Of a stretch of DNA of 64,000 nucleotides, positions 32,801 to 46,050 are shown piece after piece. Below the pieces are notes generated by a model that was not told the DNA's origin, did no database searches, and saw only the letters and a program-made list of their open reading frames with translations. Position numbers and translations under genes: made by a program. Each line of letters starts with the position of its first letter. Position 1 is the first letter of the stretch. This stretch comes from Glycera tridactyla (Eukaryota), in the NCBI GenBank assembly GCA_965644265.1, contig OZ286476.1, forward strand, positions 22,506,001 through 22,570,000. Direction: 5' to 3'.

Positions 32801-34340
32801 ACTTCATGTCAAGGTTTTTGTCAGAGTCAAGTAACTCAATAACCATGGCCCCACCATCACCAATGTCATACACATATGCTCCATCGTGTTACAGGGGATG
32901 TTCACCCACCACAGCAGCAGTATCATAGTTTTGGGTAGAGCAATTGCTTATATTGGGGAAAATGGACTGTTGTTCTTGTTCAGGTTCAACTCCCATTCTT
33001 GTAGTGATTTTCAGTCAAGGGTTGATACTTCATAAGAATCTGTATCCCCATCGATCTAATACAGTCTACGCGAGTATAAGACAATAGTATGACAACAAAT
33101 CAGGAAATATGAGCAGGGGAAATGCTAAGTAAAACTGATAGAATATACAAAAATACGTGGTAGCAGTAGTGGTGCAATAGCATGATGTGTCTATGTTGTC
33201 CCCAATTGAAAAAATACTACATAGGATGAGATCTGAAAAGCATACAAATTGATTAAAGTGCTGGGTATTAGTTTAGAGTATTTCATTCTTTGAGAGAATA
33301 GCTGACTATATATTTCAGGAGATTGAAACTGATTATATATTCTATTTGGAAATGAATAAGTTCTCACCACTGCTGCTCTCAATCTGTAGTGACCTTGTCA
33401 ATTTTCGAATATCCCAAATTTTTTATTTGCACCGAAATATTAGGTGATGAAGTCACTTTAGCCACACAAGTGAACTAAAACCAGCCCAGCTATCACTAAT
33501 GTGTCGCATTAGTGCGTGATTTCCTCACATTCCTGCCCCACTTTTGCGGCGCATATCCATATTACCGCTTGTTCTTTTGATAAACACTCTTCACTTTTTA
33601 TTGTTGTCGATGCCACTATTTGCAATCCTGATATTTTCTGCAATGAATCATCAGAAAAATGCCTTCTTCATCGCATATTTCCGCATTACAACTAATTGCA
33701 TCCCTACCATCTTCATGTCTAGGAACCATATTGCTGCATCAGCTAATGCGACTTCAAAGAATACTGTCTCCTCTGTTCTCACTAGTGTTGATACTTCTAG
33801 GACTGCAATGCTCCAATTATCACATCATCATTACATCTTCTATTTTGACTCATACTCCCAACCGTATCCAAACTAGAGGCGAATCCCAGACATTTTCACA
33901 CATGAAATATCGCGAGAAATATGTCATGGTTGTGAGATGTCTCATTGGTATGATGTATGCTGTATCGAATTCAATGAAGGCAGGCAATATTACATGAATT
34001 GGGGATAACCCATCCGGCCTGAATCATACCGGAATAGAGCACTCAGATATGTGATATTTCTCTGTAAGCAATCACATCAACAGAAGTGAGATTTGACACA
34101 ATGTTTCACAGTGTGCAGTCAGACTTGTACCAAGCAAGAACCTGCCCTAAGCTACAGAATTGTGTTTATCCCACCAAGTTATTCTTCACTATACTCGACC
34201 TGTCCTGGGCATTCACTCGCCCAAGGCACACACTTTCTTCACTTCCTGTGACTTCATACGTAGGACAAGTCTGACCATTCACAGCAGGCAGGTGGATAAA
34301 GCATGGACCAGGCGTGCACATTTCTGTATGCTTCCTGACC
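21428..34340. repeat. Copy 1 of a degenerate 10-13 kb tandem unit of unknown origin
   Basis: Colinear with 46284-56330 and 56565 onward. Contains (GAT)n at about 21960-22050 (then an N gap), (CT)n at about 25180-25242 and (GAT)n at about 26817-26865. Only short broken ORFs. Confidence 0.9.
29070..30751. mobile_element. 1.68 kb TRIM-like/non-autonomous insert: two 548 bp TG...CA direct repeats (29070-29617, 30204-30751) around a 586 bp core, inserted in a TA run
   Basis: Absent from copy 2, where GGCTATTATATATATATACATGTCAAAG (about 53730) is continuous. About six differences between the repeats. Each repeat holds three ~95 bp subrepeats. No clear PBS or PPT. Confidence 0.7.
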
Positions 34341-34366
34341 CCCCCCGGTTAATTTATTAAACGTGG

Positions 34367-34558
34367 GGATCTATACACACCACTTCTACCTCAAATTCTG
34401 CATTCCCCAGGCCGGATGCCTGGTGCGAACATTATAACAGTATAAAATTTATTTAGAGGATGGGACCTCCCTCCAATCTCCCTTCCACCAGGTGGCTAAT
34501 GATATACTGGCCACCAGAGGTCGGCCCGTCTACTTTGTTTATTGCTGTATTTTTCCAA
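34367..34558 (-). repeat. DIRS right (3') inverted terminal repeat, plus ~26 nt terminal extension 34341-34366
   Basis: The reverse complement aligns with 45859-46050 (GACGGGCCGACCTCTG, ATTAGCCACCTGGTGGAAGGGAG, CCTGGGGAATGCAG). Confidence 0.8.
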
Positions 34559-34602
34559 CAAGTGTTGAGCTCTACAGCAGGGAAGGACGGGAGGGACCAT
34601 CC

Positions 34603-34694
34603 AATTTGAGGGAGAAATGGTAAGTTTAGATCCCCAGGGTAAATGAATAAACCTGGGGGGATCTATCTGTACAATTTCTCCCTCAAATTCTGCA
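34603..34694. other. Internal complementary region (ICR)-like hairpin of the DIRS element
   Basis: AATTTGAGGGAGAAATGGTA...GATCCCCAGG pairs with CCTGGGGGGATCTATCTGTACAATTTCTCCCTCAAATT. The arms match the element ends and the loop resembles the terminal extension. Confidence 0.7.
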
Positions 34695-34744
34695 TGAATA
34701 TGACACAGATGGTAGGTGTAGAGCCCCCATCACTACATGTCTAC

Positions 34745-35125
34745 CTGGAAGTCCATATACCAAACCTGGTAATGGGATCAAACCCGGTTATTCAGAATAA
34801 TATATATATATATATAGACCCAGAGTATACACTCCTTGTCTACTACGAAGTTCATATACCATTCCTGGTAATGGAATCAAACCCAGTTGTTTAATATATA
34901 CAAGACCCAGAGCAAAAGTCCATGTCTACTAGGAAGTTCATATACCATTCCTGGTAATGGAATCAAACCCAGTTATTTATTAATAATGATAGGACACGGA
35001 GCAGAAACTCCTTGTTTAACAGGAAGTTCATATACCAGCTGGTAATGGAATCGAACCTGTTTATCCATATGATATACAAGACCCGGAGAAAACTCCTTGT
35101 CTATCAGGAATTTCATATTCTGTTA
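34745..35125. repeat. Four to five ~90-100 bp tandem repeats in the DIRS 3' region
   Basis: Recurring GAAGTTCATATACCATTCCTGGTAATGGAATCAAACCC variants near 34750, 34850, 34937 and 35026. Confidence 0.8.
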
Positions 35126-36230
35126 TCAGTGATGTAATCAAACCCAATTATGAATGTGAATATAACTATAACTACACATATGTAGGGATTATTAATCAAT
35201 TGAGCTACCACAAGTGGACCTAATGAGTACAGATTGAGAGCCTGGCCATGCATGTCTCGAAGATAGAAGGCGGCAAACCTGAAACCAGACTTCCAAAATG
35301 CTGCCCTCATTAGTTCATCCACAAAATGACCTTGATTAAACGACTTCCAAGAGGTTTCCATGACTCGTCTCATGAGCTGAAACATTTTCTGGTAGTTCAT
35401 CTGATTTATCAGCTTTGTCATAAGCCATTTTGACGACTTGCTGAATCCATGTAGAGGTCCTGTCAAGTTTGATCTCTCTCTGTGGAGATCTACAGGGAGG
35501 TATGAAAAGTCTAATTCTTCTACCTCTGAAAGGTTATACTCTGCTCAAATATGTGTGTAGTGCCTTAACCGGACACACTGAGTTCTGTATTCCACTGTTC
35601 ACCGGAATAGCTGGAATAACAACCTCTGGTTGTCCTGACAATGGACTCTGATTCTTTGCCAAGAACCCAGGTGCAGCAAACAATCTGACACTGGACAGGT
35701 CTGCAGCGAATCTCACTGCTTTGTCAGAACCTGAAAATGCATGTATCTCACTCCTCCTATTGCCTGGAGCAAGAGTAATAAGCAATACTACTTTCCTGGT
35801 GAGATTCAGGAAACTACAAGAAGTGACGGGTTCAAAGGTCTTAGAAAGTAAAAATCTTAAGACAAAGGACAAATCCTATTGTGGAACCATTCTTTGAACC
35901 ACTGGCCTGTCCCGAAAGAAATTATTCAGCAGAGATTTGACATCTCTTTCTGCAAGAACATCACAACCCGTATAAATAAAAACAGATTGAATAGCGTTCT
36001 GTACCTCTGACAGTAGATGGAGATAGTCCTGACTCGAAAAGTTCGATCAGAAATTCTACCAATTTTGGTGTAGAGGGGTGTGCACAATCCACTCCCCTGT
36101 TCTCACACTAGAAGGTTCATTACTTCCACCCACTGTCATAGCTTTAGCTGATGAATCTCTGACTGAGCGAGTGATCCGCTCCGCAGCCTTTGCTGAGTAA
36201 CCCTTTCTGGAGAGGGTGCTCCTTGTGGTC
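35113..36230 (-). pseudogene. DIRS tyrosine recombinase, fragmented
   Basis: LSRKGYS, FEPV...LTRKVVLLITLA..NRRSEIHA, FLAK, CPVKALHTYL, MRAAFWKS..F..FYLRD, LGPLVVAQ. Confidence 0.88.
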
Positions 36231-36239
36231 AGGTTCATT

Positions 36240-38070
36240 ATTTGTGGGTGGAAGTGGTAAACTCTTTTGTTGCTCACTACTTGTGTCATTAGATTTACTT
36301 ATACTGGTAATTCCAGAGGCTGACCTATTGACATCTCCAGAAGGTCTGAAAACTGGTTTGGCCACCAAGGGGCGATACATATCAGTGTGGTTTCCAGACC
36401 TCTTAGACAATTTATCACATGTGGAGGAGAAGGGCAGATGTGGAGGAGAAGGGCAAATGAACACAGGAAGTCTTGTGTTTGTCTGCGTAGCCATCAAATC
36501 TATCACTGGAAACAATTTGTATTTCTCTACAATCTGTTGAAAAACTGTTGCATCCAGAGTCCACTCTGTTTGAATTGGGTTTGATTGGGACAGAGCATCC
36601 TCGTATACATTGCGGCTTCCCGGAATGTGCCTCACTCTCAATATCATTGACATTTCCTCTGCCTGAGTTTATATCGTCCATGCAAGAGCACACATCAGAG
36701 ATGAGTGTATGCCCCCTTGCTTCTTTATGTAAGAAACTGTTGTCGTATTGTCTGTTGAAATCAAAACAATCTGGTTGATGAGAAACTCTAAGAAATGGGC
36801 AATTGCAAGCAGTACCGCTTCCAGTTCCAAAGCCTTGATGGATCTGCCCATCAATGAGACTGGCCATATTCCTGCCGTCTGTTGTCTCTCTTCGTCTATG
36901 ATCAGGCATGCTCCTCATCTCTTGAGAGAAGCGTCTGTCATCAGGGTGGCAGTTGTGGGTTCCTCTAGTAGTAGAATCCCCCCAAGTGTGTTCTTTCTGT
37001 CCAACCACCATCTCAAGCTTGTCACCACCTTTTTGTGGAAGGCAAATCATTATTTCGATCGGGTCTGAAAGGGTTTCCACAGAGATAGAAGAAAAATCTG
37101 TAGCTGTCTCATGTGGAGTCTCCTTAGATGTATATAGTCGGCCATTCTTGACATATGGCTGAGAAGACGGAGGATGGATCTGACTAGCTGCCGAAGCCTT
37201 CTGAGGAACAACCTTACACAGGGCTCATGCCTCTCCACTCCCTGCATTGTTGGCATTACCAGCCGAGAATGGATGTTGAAAAATATTCCCAGATACGTAA
37301 ATTGGCAGTTGGGAATCAGATCTAACTTTTGATGGTTGACTATCCATCCTAGGTTGGTTGCCAATTACAGGACATAGTCAAAATGCTGAGAAAGAGTGAC
37401 TGGATCCTGGTGCCTCAAGAGATTTTGATTCCACGACTGTGAAGATGGTGTGCCACCTCCCTCAGAACCATTGTGAATATCCTGGGTGCAGTTTACAGCC
37501 CGAACAGAAAAGTTTGGAATTGATATGCTTCTGTCTCGGACAGTGCAAATGGTAGGTATTTCTGATGATCCTGTCTTATTGGAATGTGGAAATATGCGCC
37601 TTTCAGATCTATCGACACTGACCAATCGTTCATGCACACTGCTTTCAATGGGGACATAGCCGTCTCCCTTTTGAATTTCTGATGAATCTGTTCAATGGTT
37701 TCAGATTGATGATTGGTCTGAAGCCCCCCGTTGCTTTCGAGACTGGGAAGAGGTTGCAATAAAACCCTTGACCTGGGTCAGGATGTTGGAGCAACGGTAT
37801 AATGGCACGCTTCTCCAACATTCCCCTGATCCCGGAAAGCGGGGCTTCTCTCTTCTCCTGACCTTTGGGAAGTGTAAATGAGAGGAATCTCATTGAGAGA
37901 GGAGGTTTGCTCTGAAAGGATAAAGACGGATCTTCCTTGATAATCTCCAGAATAAATCTGTTTCGTGTCAATTTCTGCCATTGATCTATGAAGTTGAGAA
38001 GACGTGCTCCCACCTCCGGGTGAGCTTGGAGAGTGGCGCTTGATACCCTAGGGCTGTTGTTTCTTGCCAC
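36240..38070 (-). pseudogene. DIRS reverse transcriptase - RNase H - methyltransferase-like region, frameshifted
   Basis: VGARL..F...W, GFY..LF.V.K..GGFRPIINLK.LN, SIDLKGAYFHIPI, LELEAVLLA, TDNTTTVSYIKKQGG, HIPG..NV..DALS, IDLMAT..N.RLP, CIAPWWP. Confidence 0.9.
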
Positions 38071-38110
38071 GGCCTCTGGGATGAGAAAAGGTAACCTTAC
38101 CTTCTTGTTT

Positions 38111-41020
38111 TTAACTTCTGTTGGCCCTGTCCTTTGTAGCTATTAGAATGGTCATCATTCTTCTACTGGTAAGTGGTTTCCCTCTACTACGACCTCTACC
38201 CCAGTTGGACTGGCCTCTGTTTCCTCGACCATGGTACCCACCTCTGCTCCTCTTGTTTCCCACCCTGGGCTGATCCTTGAACTCATGCACCTGAGCATCA
38301 TAAGACATCTCACAAGATTGCCTGCCTGCTTCTGATGTCTGTTTACAAGCTTCCTTGAGACCACCTCCAAATAACTCTTCTAGTCCCAGCGGTAGAGCAC
38401 GTAACTGAGCCTCGGTATCTTTGTCAAACTCTGTAGGTTTTAGAGCCAGAGTTTGTCTTGCTAACTCCATATTAGCAGTTACCTTCAATACCAGCTGAGT
38501 CGCATGCTCCACCACAGCAAGACCAACACTTGTCGCCGTTTTAGCTTTGGCTTTGACATCAGGAATGTCTGCATCAGTAAGTTCTGCTGCTGAAAGACCC
38601 TCTGCTAATGCAAAGTCTGCATAGTTAAGGGACTTCAGTGAATCTCTTGAGGTGATCTCGTCATTTGTTGGCTTGAGATCAAGCTTGGAAGCTGAGCCAT
38701 ATCTACTATAATTACGATCAATTAGGGGTGCTTCAACTACATATCTGTGAGATCTTTCTCCTGCTCTCCAAATTCTATAAAATCTTCCTGAGGATCCATA
38801 AATCTTGGGAAGTTTAGAATGGTAGTACTTTGCCTTAGCCTCATAGAGGCAACTCCTACCTACTTTGAAATCTTCTAGACCCTTAGACATCCTCCTCTTC
38901 TTCCTCTAGTCGTTGAAGGAAGAATCTGCTATGAACTCAGGGGTTTGTTACACCTCTCTGCCTCAAGAGATGTGTTTAATTGCAGGCTTCCCCTTCTCTC
39001 CATCAGAGTCATGACCTGAATCATCTTGTCCTTCTGTTGCACTCTTCTCACCTAACCTCTTTTCTACCTTCTGCATTCTTGTCTGCATTGCCTCAATCTT
39101 AGCGTCTCTTCCTTTATCTTTGATAGATCTATTGTCAATAAGTGTAGTATAACTACCCTGAAAGAGAAGATCTGTGCCCATCTGACTGTGTTGATTTGAA
39201 GCAAAAGCAGTACAAGGAGTGGCTGAATATCTGACAATCTTAGTAGGGATATTGCTAACCATGACACTCTTTCTTTTCAAGGTAGGTATACCTGAGGGTA
39301 CAGGAGTATTTATCACAAGGATAATCATAGGTGTGGGAGTAGTAGGATTGACTGTAGTTGTGACTGTTACTGTAGGGTGGCGAGTGACTGTATGAATAGG
39401 GGGATTCACAATTTGCGGATTCAAAGCTGCATGCAAGGGTGGCTTACCAGCATTTGCTGAGGGCTGGTTCAATACTGACTATGAGGTTGACTTGAACAAG
39501 GGTTGGTTTATCATCAACTTTGCAGTGATTCTTTGCAGTTGCCTGAAGTTATTTCCCATCATCAACCTCCTAGCTGAGAGTGTTTCTATTCTACTATCCG
39601 TTGCTGAAAGAATAGAGTTGGGTGAACCGAAAACTGATGGTTGTAAATCTTCATTCAAATCATCATCATTTAATTGAGCCAGAATTTGAGCATGAGATTG
39701 AAGCTGTGAAGGTGGGAGTCTCTTATTTGTCAAACATTACTGTTGAGGTTGACTATGACCTAAGGGAGACTGCCTATGCTGACATATGTTAGGTGTCTTC
39801 ATTGTACTATGTACCATGCTTGAAGGTACAGGACCGGTCTGAAGCATACAGACCCCTACTGGTACAGTACTCACCGGACACACTGTCTTGGACACTGCCA
39901 CTTGTCCTATATTTACCAGTGCCTCTTCACCTATTGACTGTCCTGTTGCCCGTACCACCGGACCGGACTTCTGTGAGGCTTGTACAGGTAGTTGACTCAC
40001 CGGCCCAGTAATGTGAGTAATATCCACATTTTGTCTGTCTGTGAGTGCAACTGAGGTTGACTGACCGGACTGAATAACATTTGCCATTGATTTGTCCATG
40101 TCTGTTACCTTTTCCAAGTCCAGGGCTCCATCCATGCCCTCCATTTGGACTGGAAAATCTTGAGGAACATGATATTCTGGATTCCTGCCAGGAATCCACA
40201 AGGGGTGAGAGGGAGATCAATATTCTCAATAGAGCTTTGAATAAGGGCTTGGGTCACTGACACTTCCTTGGATTGACTGATTGTTTGATCAGTTGATTGA
40301 TGCTCAGAAGAAAGAATAGCGGGTTGATTGGTTGGGTCAACCTTTGCAAAAACTGGTCATGGTCAATATTCTCCCCAACTTCCCCAGGCTCAGACATGTC
40401 TTCGTAAGTATCTTCACTCCCCACCTGGAGTATTTGATCATTCACCCTCTCAGAGAGACCACTGCCCGAATCTGGCAACCCGGTACTCTCAATTTCCTCA
40501 GGCTGAGCCAATTTCACAACATTTGCATCAACTCTTCAGCGGGCCAATTGTTTTCTCTGCCTGATGGAAGTGAGAAGATTGGATGTAATGACATATCATC
40601 TGCCAGACTATTGAAGCTGAAGCAACTAATTTGTTATCATTGGCATGAGACAATGAAGGGACTACAACCGACAACGTTTTCAGTTTTGGAACTGATCTAG
40701 AATCTGAACCATCAGAATTTGCAGAAGTATTGCCAGTTTGTCTCTTAGAAGCAGCAGACTTCCTCTTTGAGGTGAATTTTCTTCGTTTGTAATGCACTGC
40801 TCAGCGTTCTAGGGTCCAGGCAGAACAGATATTACATACTCTCTGCCCGAATCTTTCGACATCCTCCAATTCATCACAAGCCCTACACAAAAGGCGAAGA
40901 TCGTGGTCTTCCCATGACCCATGTTTCTGCAAAGATGACATAATTGAATGAGTATTCGCAATTGATGAATGATTGGTGCAGGATCACTATGCGCACACAT
41001 GAAATAGACGCCCACCCACA
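38111..41020 (-). pseudogene. DIRS ORF1 (gag-like), heavily degraded
   Basis: Chain of minus-strand ORF fragments directly upstream of RT; Cys/His-rich N-terminal remnant near 40900; RG-rich end typical of DIRS ORF1. Confidence 0.55.
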
Positions 41021-41309
41021 CACGATACGGATTAGCAGGAATAATATGACAATCACTCTATAAATCACTCATGAAAAGGGTATATGACACCATCTGAAAA
41101 GACAAGGTTATGAAAGTCACAGACCTGAGGGCCATATCAGCTCTCCTGTGGCAAAATTGATTATAATAACTTTGCCAGCCACAACAATGATATGAAATTC
41201 ACAGACTCAATGCCAAGGCAAGAATCATTTCAACACAATACACAAGCAACAATATTGAATTGAATTGAATATCAAGCTGAATGAGGTTTCCGATCATTGG
41301 ACAACTGAC

Positions 41310-41790
41310 ACCAGACATGGCCGTGAACAAAACACTACCTCAGATGCGTCACCGGCCACGGCCACACAAGAATTAGAGCTCCCGTAGAGCAGTGTAGAGA
41401 TACCGGACACTATGATCGCATTTGAAGCTGCTTAATACCTGGGAACAACTGATTATGACGACTTAATTCCACGGAACTGTAAACTGTCATCGCGCGAACA
41501 AATCGGCGATAAACACACCAATTTACGTCAGCGACCTATTACCGCTGCTGTCAATTATACTGGACAAAGCTGTGAACGAAATGCAATTGGATGCGTCACC
41601 GGACATAGCCGTGCAAGAATAAGACGCTCTCGAAAAGCTACCGGACACCGGAAACTATGATCACACACGGATCTGCTTAATACATGGGAACAACTGATTA
41701 TCACGACTTAATACCACGGAACTGTAAACTGTCATCACGCGAACAAATCGGCGATTGATAGACCAAATTTCGTCAGCGACCTATTGTTGT
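41310..41790. repeat. Tandem duplication of ~230 bp (about 41310-41545 and 41590-41785)
   Basis: Shared GGGAACAACTGATTAT..CGACTTAAT.CCACGGAACTGTAAACTGTCATC.CGCGAACAAATCGGCGAT. Confidence 0.85.
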
Positions 41791-42299
41791 GTTCTCCACA
41801 CAAACAATACACGCGGAACAGGTCAGGAATACATTGCAACAACAATACATATAATGACAGTAAAGGATACAAGTTAAATCATGGTGAGATGAGAGTCATC
41901 AGCAAGGATATGCAAGGATACGCAAGGCTACGTGCTTACCGTTCGCTACCAAAGACAACTCTGCCGGATCTTCGGATCTCGCGCCGGAATACACGTGATC
42001 CAATCGCCAATGATTCACGCGAGATGGCGCAAGTCGCCACACTCCTCCCCGTTTTAGCCCCCTCCATTACGATTGCAGATGGTGGACGTCCCTCGATGAT
42101 TACGCCGTTGCTTCCGTTTGACAGTGATATCTTGCAACATTCCCAGCAATCAAAGCTGGTTATCCGTGACATGGAGTGAGCTCCAGGAGAATTCATGGAG
42201 TAGATGTTCTCCGTATGCGTAGTACCTCTACTATTCCAACGTTGGCGTCCATTATCTTGTTGTGTGTCCAATTGGTGGACCAAGGAAGAGGCCCCAAAC

Positions 42300-43118
42300 T
42301 GGCTATTTGCAGAAAAATACTATCAACTTGAAATTCCTGCCAGACTGAACATTCAATCAGAGGAAATCAAACTTGAAATCTCTCCAAAAGTATCTAGCAA
42401 GAACTGAAAACTGCGGGAGAGGTCTGACCCATGGATATATCCCCTCAGGCTTGACTCAAAAATACTGGAAAGACTATCAATGCTTCCAACCAATCTGACA
42501 AACAAGACTATCAGCTGATATAAAAGAATAACTGCAAACCAGTGCAGAATACACCTTATTCACCACCGATCTTCTCAATTGGAATGACTTACAAGTTCAT
42601 ACCAAAATGTCTTCTCTTTGTTATGTACTGATAAAAATAGTCTAAAACTTCCAAGATAACCCTGGACCAAATCTGTAAAATATCAAAGCAATTTCAAAAC
42701 TGATCTGGAACACCTATCCAGATATACTCTTGAAACATTCCAATCCAAACAGTGTGAGCGCACATCTCTCCTGCGTGCACACCTCTCTCAACTTCCAGAT
42801 AAAATACCAATTAAAACCCCAACTAGCACAGTTGCTAGCCCCAAAACTAAAACTTGCCATATGAAATGACCTCACTGTTCAAGAAATCCCGAACCTGATA
42901 AATGATTTGTATACCACATTGTAACAAACTCAATTGTGACAAGAGGAAACCGAGTTGGAATTTGCTTGTCGAAACCACACACGCGGCGGTGTATGTACAG
43001 GAAATCCTGGACAATTACAGCTCACTCAGACTGAAGGTATAATTTCTCTCCATGATATCTGGCAAGCACCGGATACCCTGAAAAGAACTCAATTATGACT
43101 CACTCCCTCCCCCCTTTT
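42300..43118 (-). mobile_element. Candidate gypsy 3' LTR (43102 down to about 42300) preceded by a polypurine tract (43103-43118)
   Basis: The minus strand reads AAAAGGGGGGAGGGAG then TGAGTC. A possible CA end at 42300 is followed by TTTGGGGCCTC, loosely PBS-like. No second LTR is visible. Confidence 0.4.
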
Positions 43119-43729
43119 GAAAAACCATATCAGCCAATCAAACTGAAACATCCCAATATTAATAAGCATAACCCTGATCACCAATCCCAGACATTCTGAT
43201 TACTTCAGGATCTCTAGATACAATTAAGAATACAATGATCTCCATCCATCTCTCAAACGGTGTCGATTCAATACATGAAAATAATCCGGAGAACCTCAAT
43301 TCCAGTGAAGATTAAAACTGAAGACACACAGCTTAGATCACACCACTCACAATGGTGTCAGAAAAAATAACATAGACTTTTTTTTCTTTCTTTTTCTGTA
43401 GATATTGAACAAAAACTTCAGTGTACTCGACCACAGGGACCTAGAATGGCAGAAACTAAAGTTGCAGCAAAAAAAACCCCAGCTTATAACTGATGTGCTA
43501 GCAAACTCCAGTGGATCATTATTTGAACAACTTCCCTGCTCGACATCAAAAGAACTAAGAGCAAATGTACTCTCCAAATATATACATTGTCACGGCAAGC
43601 ACCCTGACAAGGTCAAAACCGATGGCATCAGGTTTGTATTCTGCCTGAAACTCCCCTGTTGCCAGGTCCACTGTTTGGCCTTTTCTTCGCTGTATGACTG
43701 GGTCTTGGCCCTCAGAACCAGTCAATCTT

Positions 43730-45720
43730 AGTTTCCCGAACCTGGCGAAGAGCCTCTGCTTTCCGAATTTCCGAGTGACCGAGATTGTGTTCTGCCCTGT
43801 TCTTTCTTTGGATTTGATTCTATCGGGCTTGGTGGTGGCGGCGGAGTTACACCCCCCCTCGGACACTGACTACTCATGTGATTGCTGGCTCCACACCCGG
43901 AACAGTTTCCTGGTGATGGAGGCAGGGCACTCCACTGTTCGATTTTTTTGTTGGAGAATTTCCATCTGTTCCAGCACCTTCTTAATGCCCTCTGACTGTT
44001 CACTGCAAGGTTTGTTTGAAGTATGGGAACACTCATCCTCTTCTAGTTGAAACCCTACTTGCCGACTTGCATACGGGTTTACGCTGCAAAAAGCTTTCTG
44101 ATTTCCCAATGCTGTTTTGACGAACTTCACGGCTGCTGATATAGACTTTGGAGATTTGTCAGCAGCTGTAAGAACAGCACGCTTGTGATGGCATCCTTTC
44201 AGGAATGTCTCCACTACCATCTCTTCAATCGTATCATCGTCACCATGACGATAACTTTCTCAGACCAACTGACCTGCACGATCGGCCCAGTCTTCTAAGC
44301 TTTCCTCTTCTTCTTGACATGCATATTGCAGCTGTCCGGGCTTCATACTAGGCGGCTCTGCCTCCCCAAACCTTTTGTCTAGACCTTTCACCAGTCGGCG
44401 ATAATCTCGGCAAAAAGATGTTGACTGTGCATAGATGTACTCGATCGCTTTTTTCCGTAAGTTCTGCAATAAACGAAGGCGTTTGGTCTCTTTGTCCCAT
44501 TCATATTGTTTGGCTGCCTGCTTGAATTGTAAGAAGAAGGCTTTCCATGTTCCTGTTGTTCCCGAAAATGTTGCCATTTTTGGCGACGGTGGTCCAGACT
44601 GTGAACGTCGTCGGTCCTGGTGCTGATCCTGTTTATCCTTGATGATTTCTTCCTCTAAGTATGAGTCAGATAATAAGCTAGTCGACGATTCTGACGAACT
44701 AGAGCGTTGTTTCTGACTATGTTCCTTCCGAGAACTTCTCAAACTTTGCCGGGAACGACTGTCGTCTTCCAAAATTTTCTGCGAATGGTCAATTGACGAT
44801 CGCTGCTCCTCAAGATTTGCACCAGCCAAACTTCCCATTCTATGCAGATCTCGCTGAGACACAGCATTGGAATGTTGATACAACATCCCACTGGCCTCAG
44901 GTGTTCCCCTTCCCAACAAATCCCTCCCCGAACTATAACTCGGTAAATGTTGAGAAATATGGACCCCATGATAATCAAAATGGGATTTCTTACCACTACC
45001 ATGAGTCTTCATATAATCCAATGGAGTATACCCTGTCCTATCAGGCTGTACGAATGACCTCCCCTCCCTGTCACATGAATGACTAGCAGGGGAGTACTCA
45101 CCAACCTGTCCAAACCGATGTACTGTGGGTTGATACCCCCCTTGAGTCGCAAGTGGCGCTGGACTACCATGTATGGTGAATTCTTGAGTGTGTAGATCTG
45201 ATCTATCACCATGGTGCTGGGACTCCTTGATATTCCAGACAGGATGTACTCCACGATGGTAAATAGCGTCATCTGGAATAATTTGTTGAATTCTATCGAA
45301 TATTTCAGGATGAGATTGCGCAGACTCATTCTTCCTCGAGGTTGCAGGAGGTTGTCCTACAGCCTTCATGATTTCTTGGAACATCCCTTCGACCCTTCCC
45401 GAAAGATCGGAGCCATCTCTGATTCCGTCTCTCTTGCACAACTCCTCTTGCAATGCCGCTATTTCCAAGTTCATTGCATCCAGTTTTGAGATGTACCTTG
45501 CATGAACAGTTTCCAACCCCTCGTCACGCCATTTCCGTTCCCTTTTCAAAACATCTTCCAATGACTTGTTCTCCGCTCGCAAGGATTCTAGCTGACAGTG
45601 TGATAAGTTCAATTTATCTTGCATGCAAGCTTGTTCTGCTTGGCGGCTGGCTGTTGCTGTTTGCAATTGAGTCTCTAGTCCATTTTTCTGAGCAAATAAA
45701 CTCAGACAATCTGCTTGCAA
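43730..45720 (-). pseudogene. gag: Ty3/gypsy-type gag with CCHC zinc knuckle, no pol
   Basis: SPKMATFSG..TW.AF..QF...A..Y.W, L..RFG, Q...ESLEDWADR, ETFLKG; knuckle CSGCGASNHMSSQC at 43863-43904; internal stop at 44260. Confidence 0.85.
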
Positions 45721-45858
45721 AGATTCAATTTTCCTTTACCAAGAATATGATATCCTGATGATATACACGCAATGATTCCACTGGAAAGTCCGTAGGTATC
45801 GCAAATTCCAATTTTCGCGAGAGCCCGGGTATTCCTCAACTGTCTCTATGGACGCGAA

Positions 45859-46050
45859 GTTGGAAAATACACAGATAAACAAAGCAGACGGGCCGACCTC
45901 TGATGGCCAGTATATTATTAGCCACCTGGTGGAAGGGAGGTCGGACGGGAGTTCCATCCTCTAAATAAATCTTATATTGTTATAATGTTCGCATGTAGGC
46001 ATTTGGCCTGGGGAATGCAGTATTTGAGGGAGAGATGGTACAGATAGATC
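45859..46050 (-). repeat. DIRS left (5') inverted terminal repeat
   Basis: Inverted match to 34367-34558; ends at TAGATC, where the host repeat resumes. Confidence 0.8.

Larger units (their letters stand above)
34341..46050 (-). mobile_element. DIRS-type tyrosine-recombinase retrotransposon (degenerate), with extra internal gypsy-derived sequence
   Basis: The empty site CTTCCTGACC|TACATG is at about 56330. Imperfect ITRs, an ICR-like hairpin, and RT, RNase H, MT and YR motifs on the minus strand. No TSD, as expected for DIRS. Confidence 0.85.

Noticed and set aside
33590-33740. PHD-finger-like Cys/His pattern on the minus strand
   Set aside because: Spacing does not fit C4HC3, and stops are shared by both copies.
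41784-42407. ORFs of 67-131 aa between the DIRS ORF1 and the candidate LTR
   Set aside because: No recognisable motifs; overlapping on both strands.
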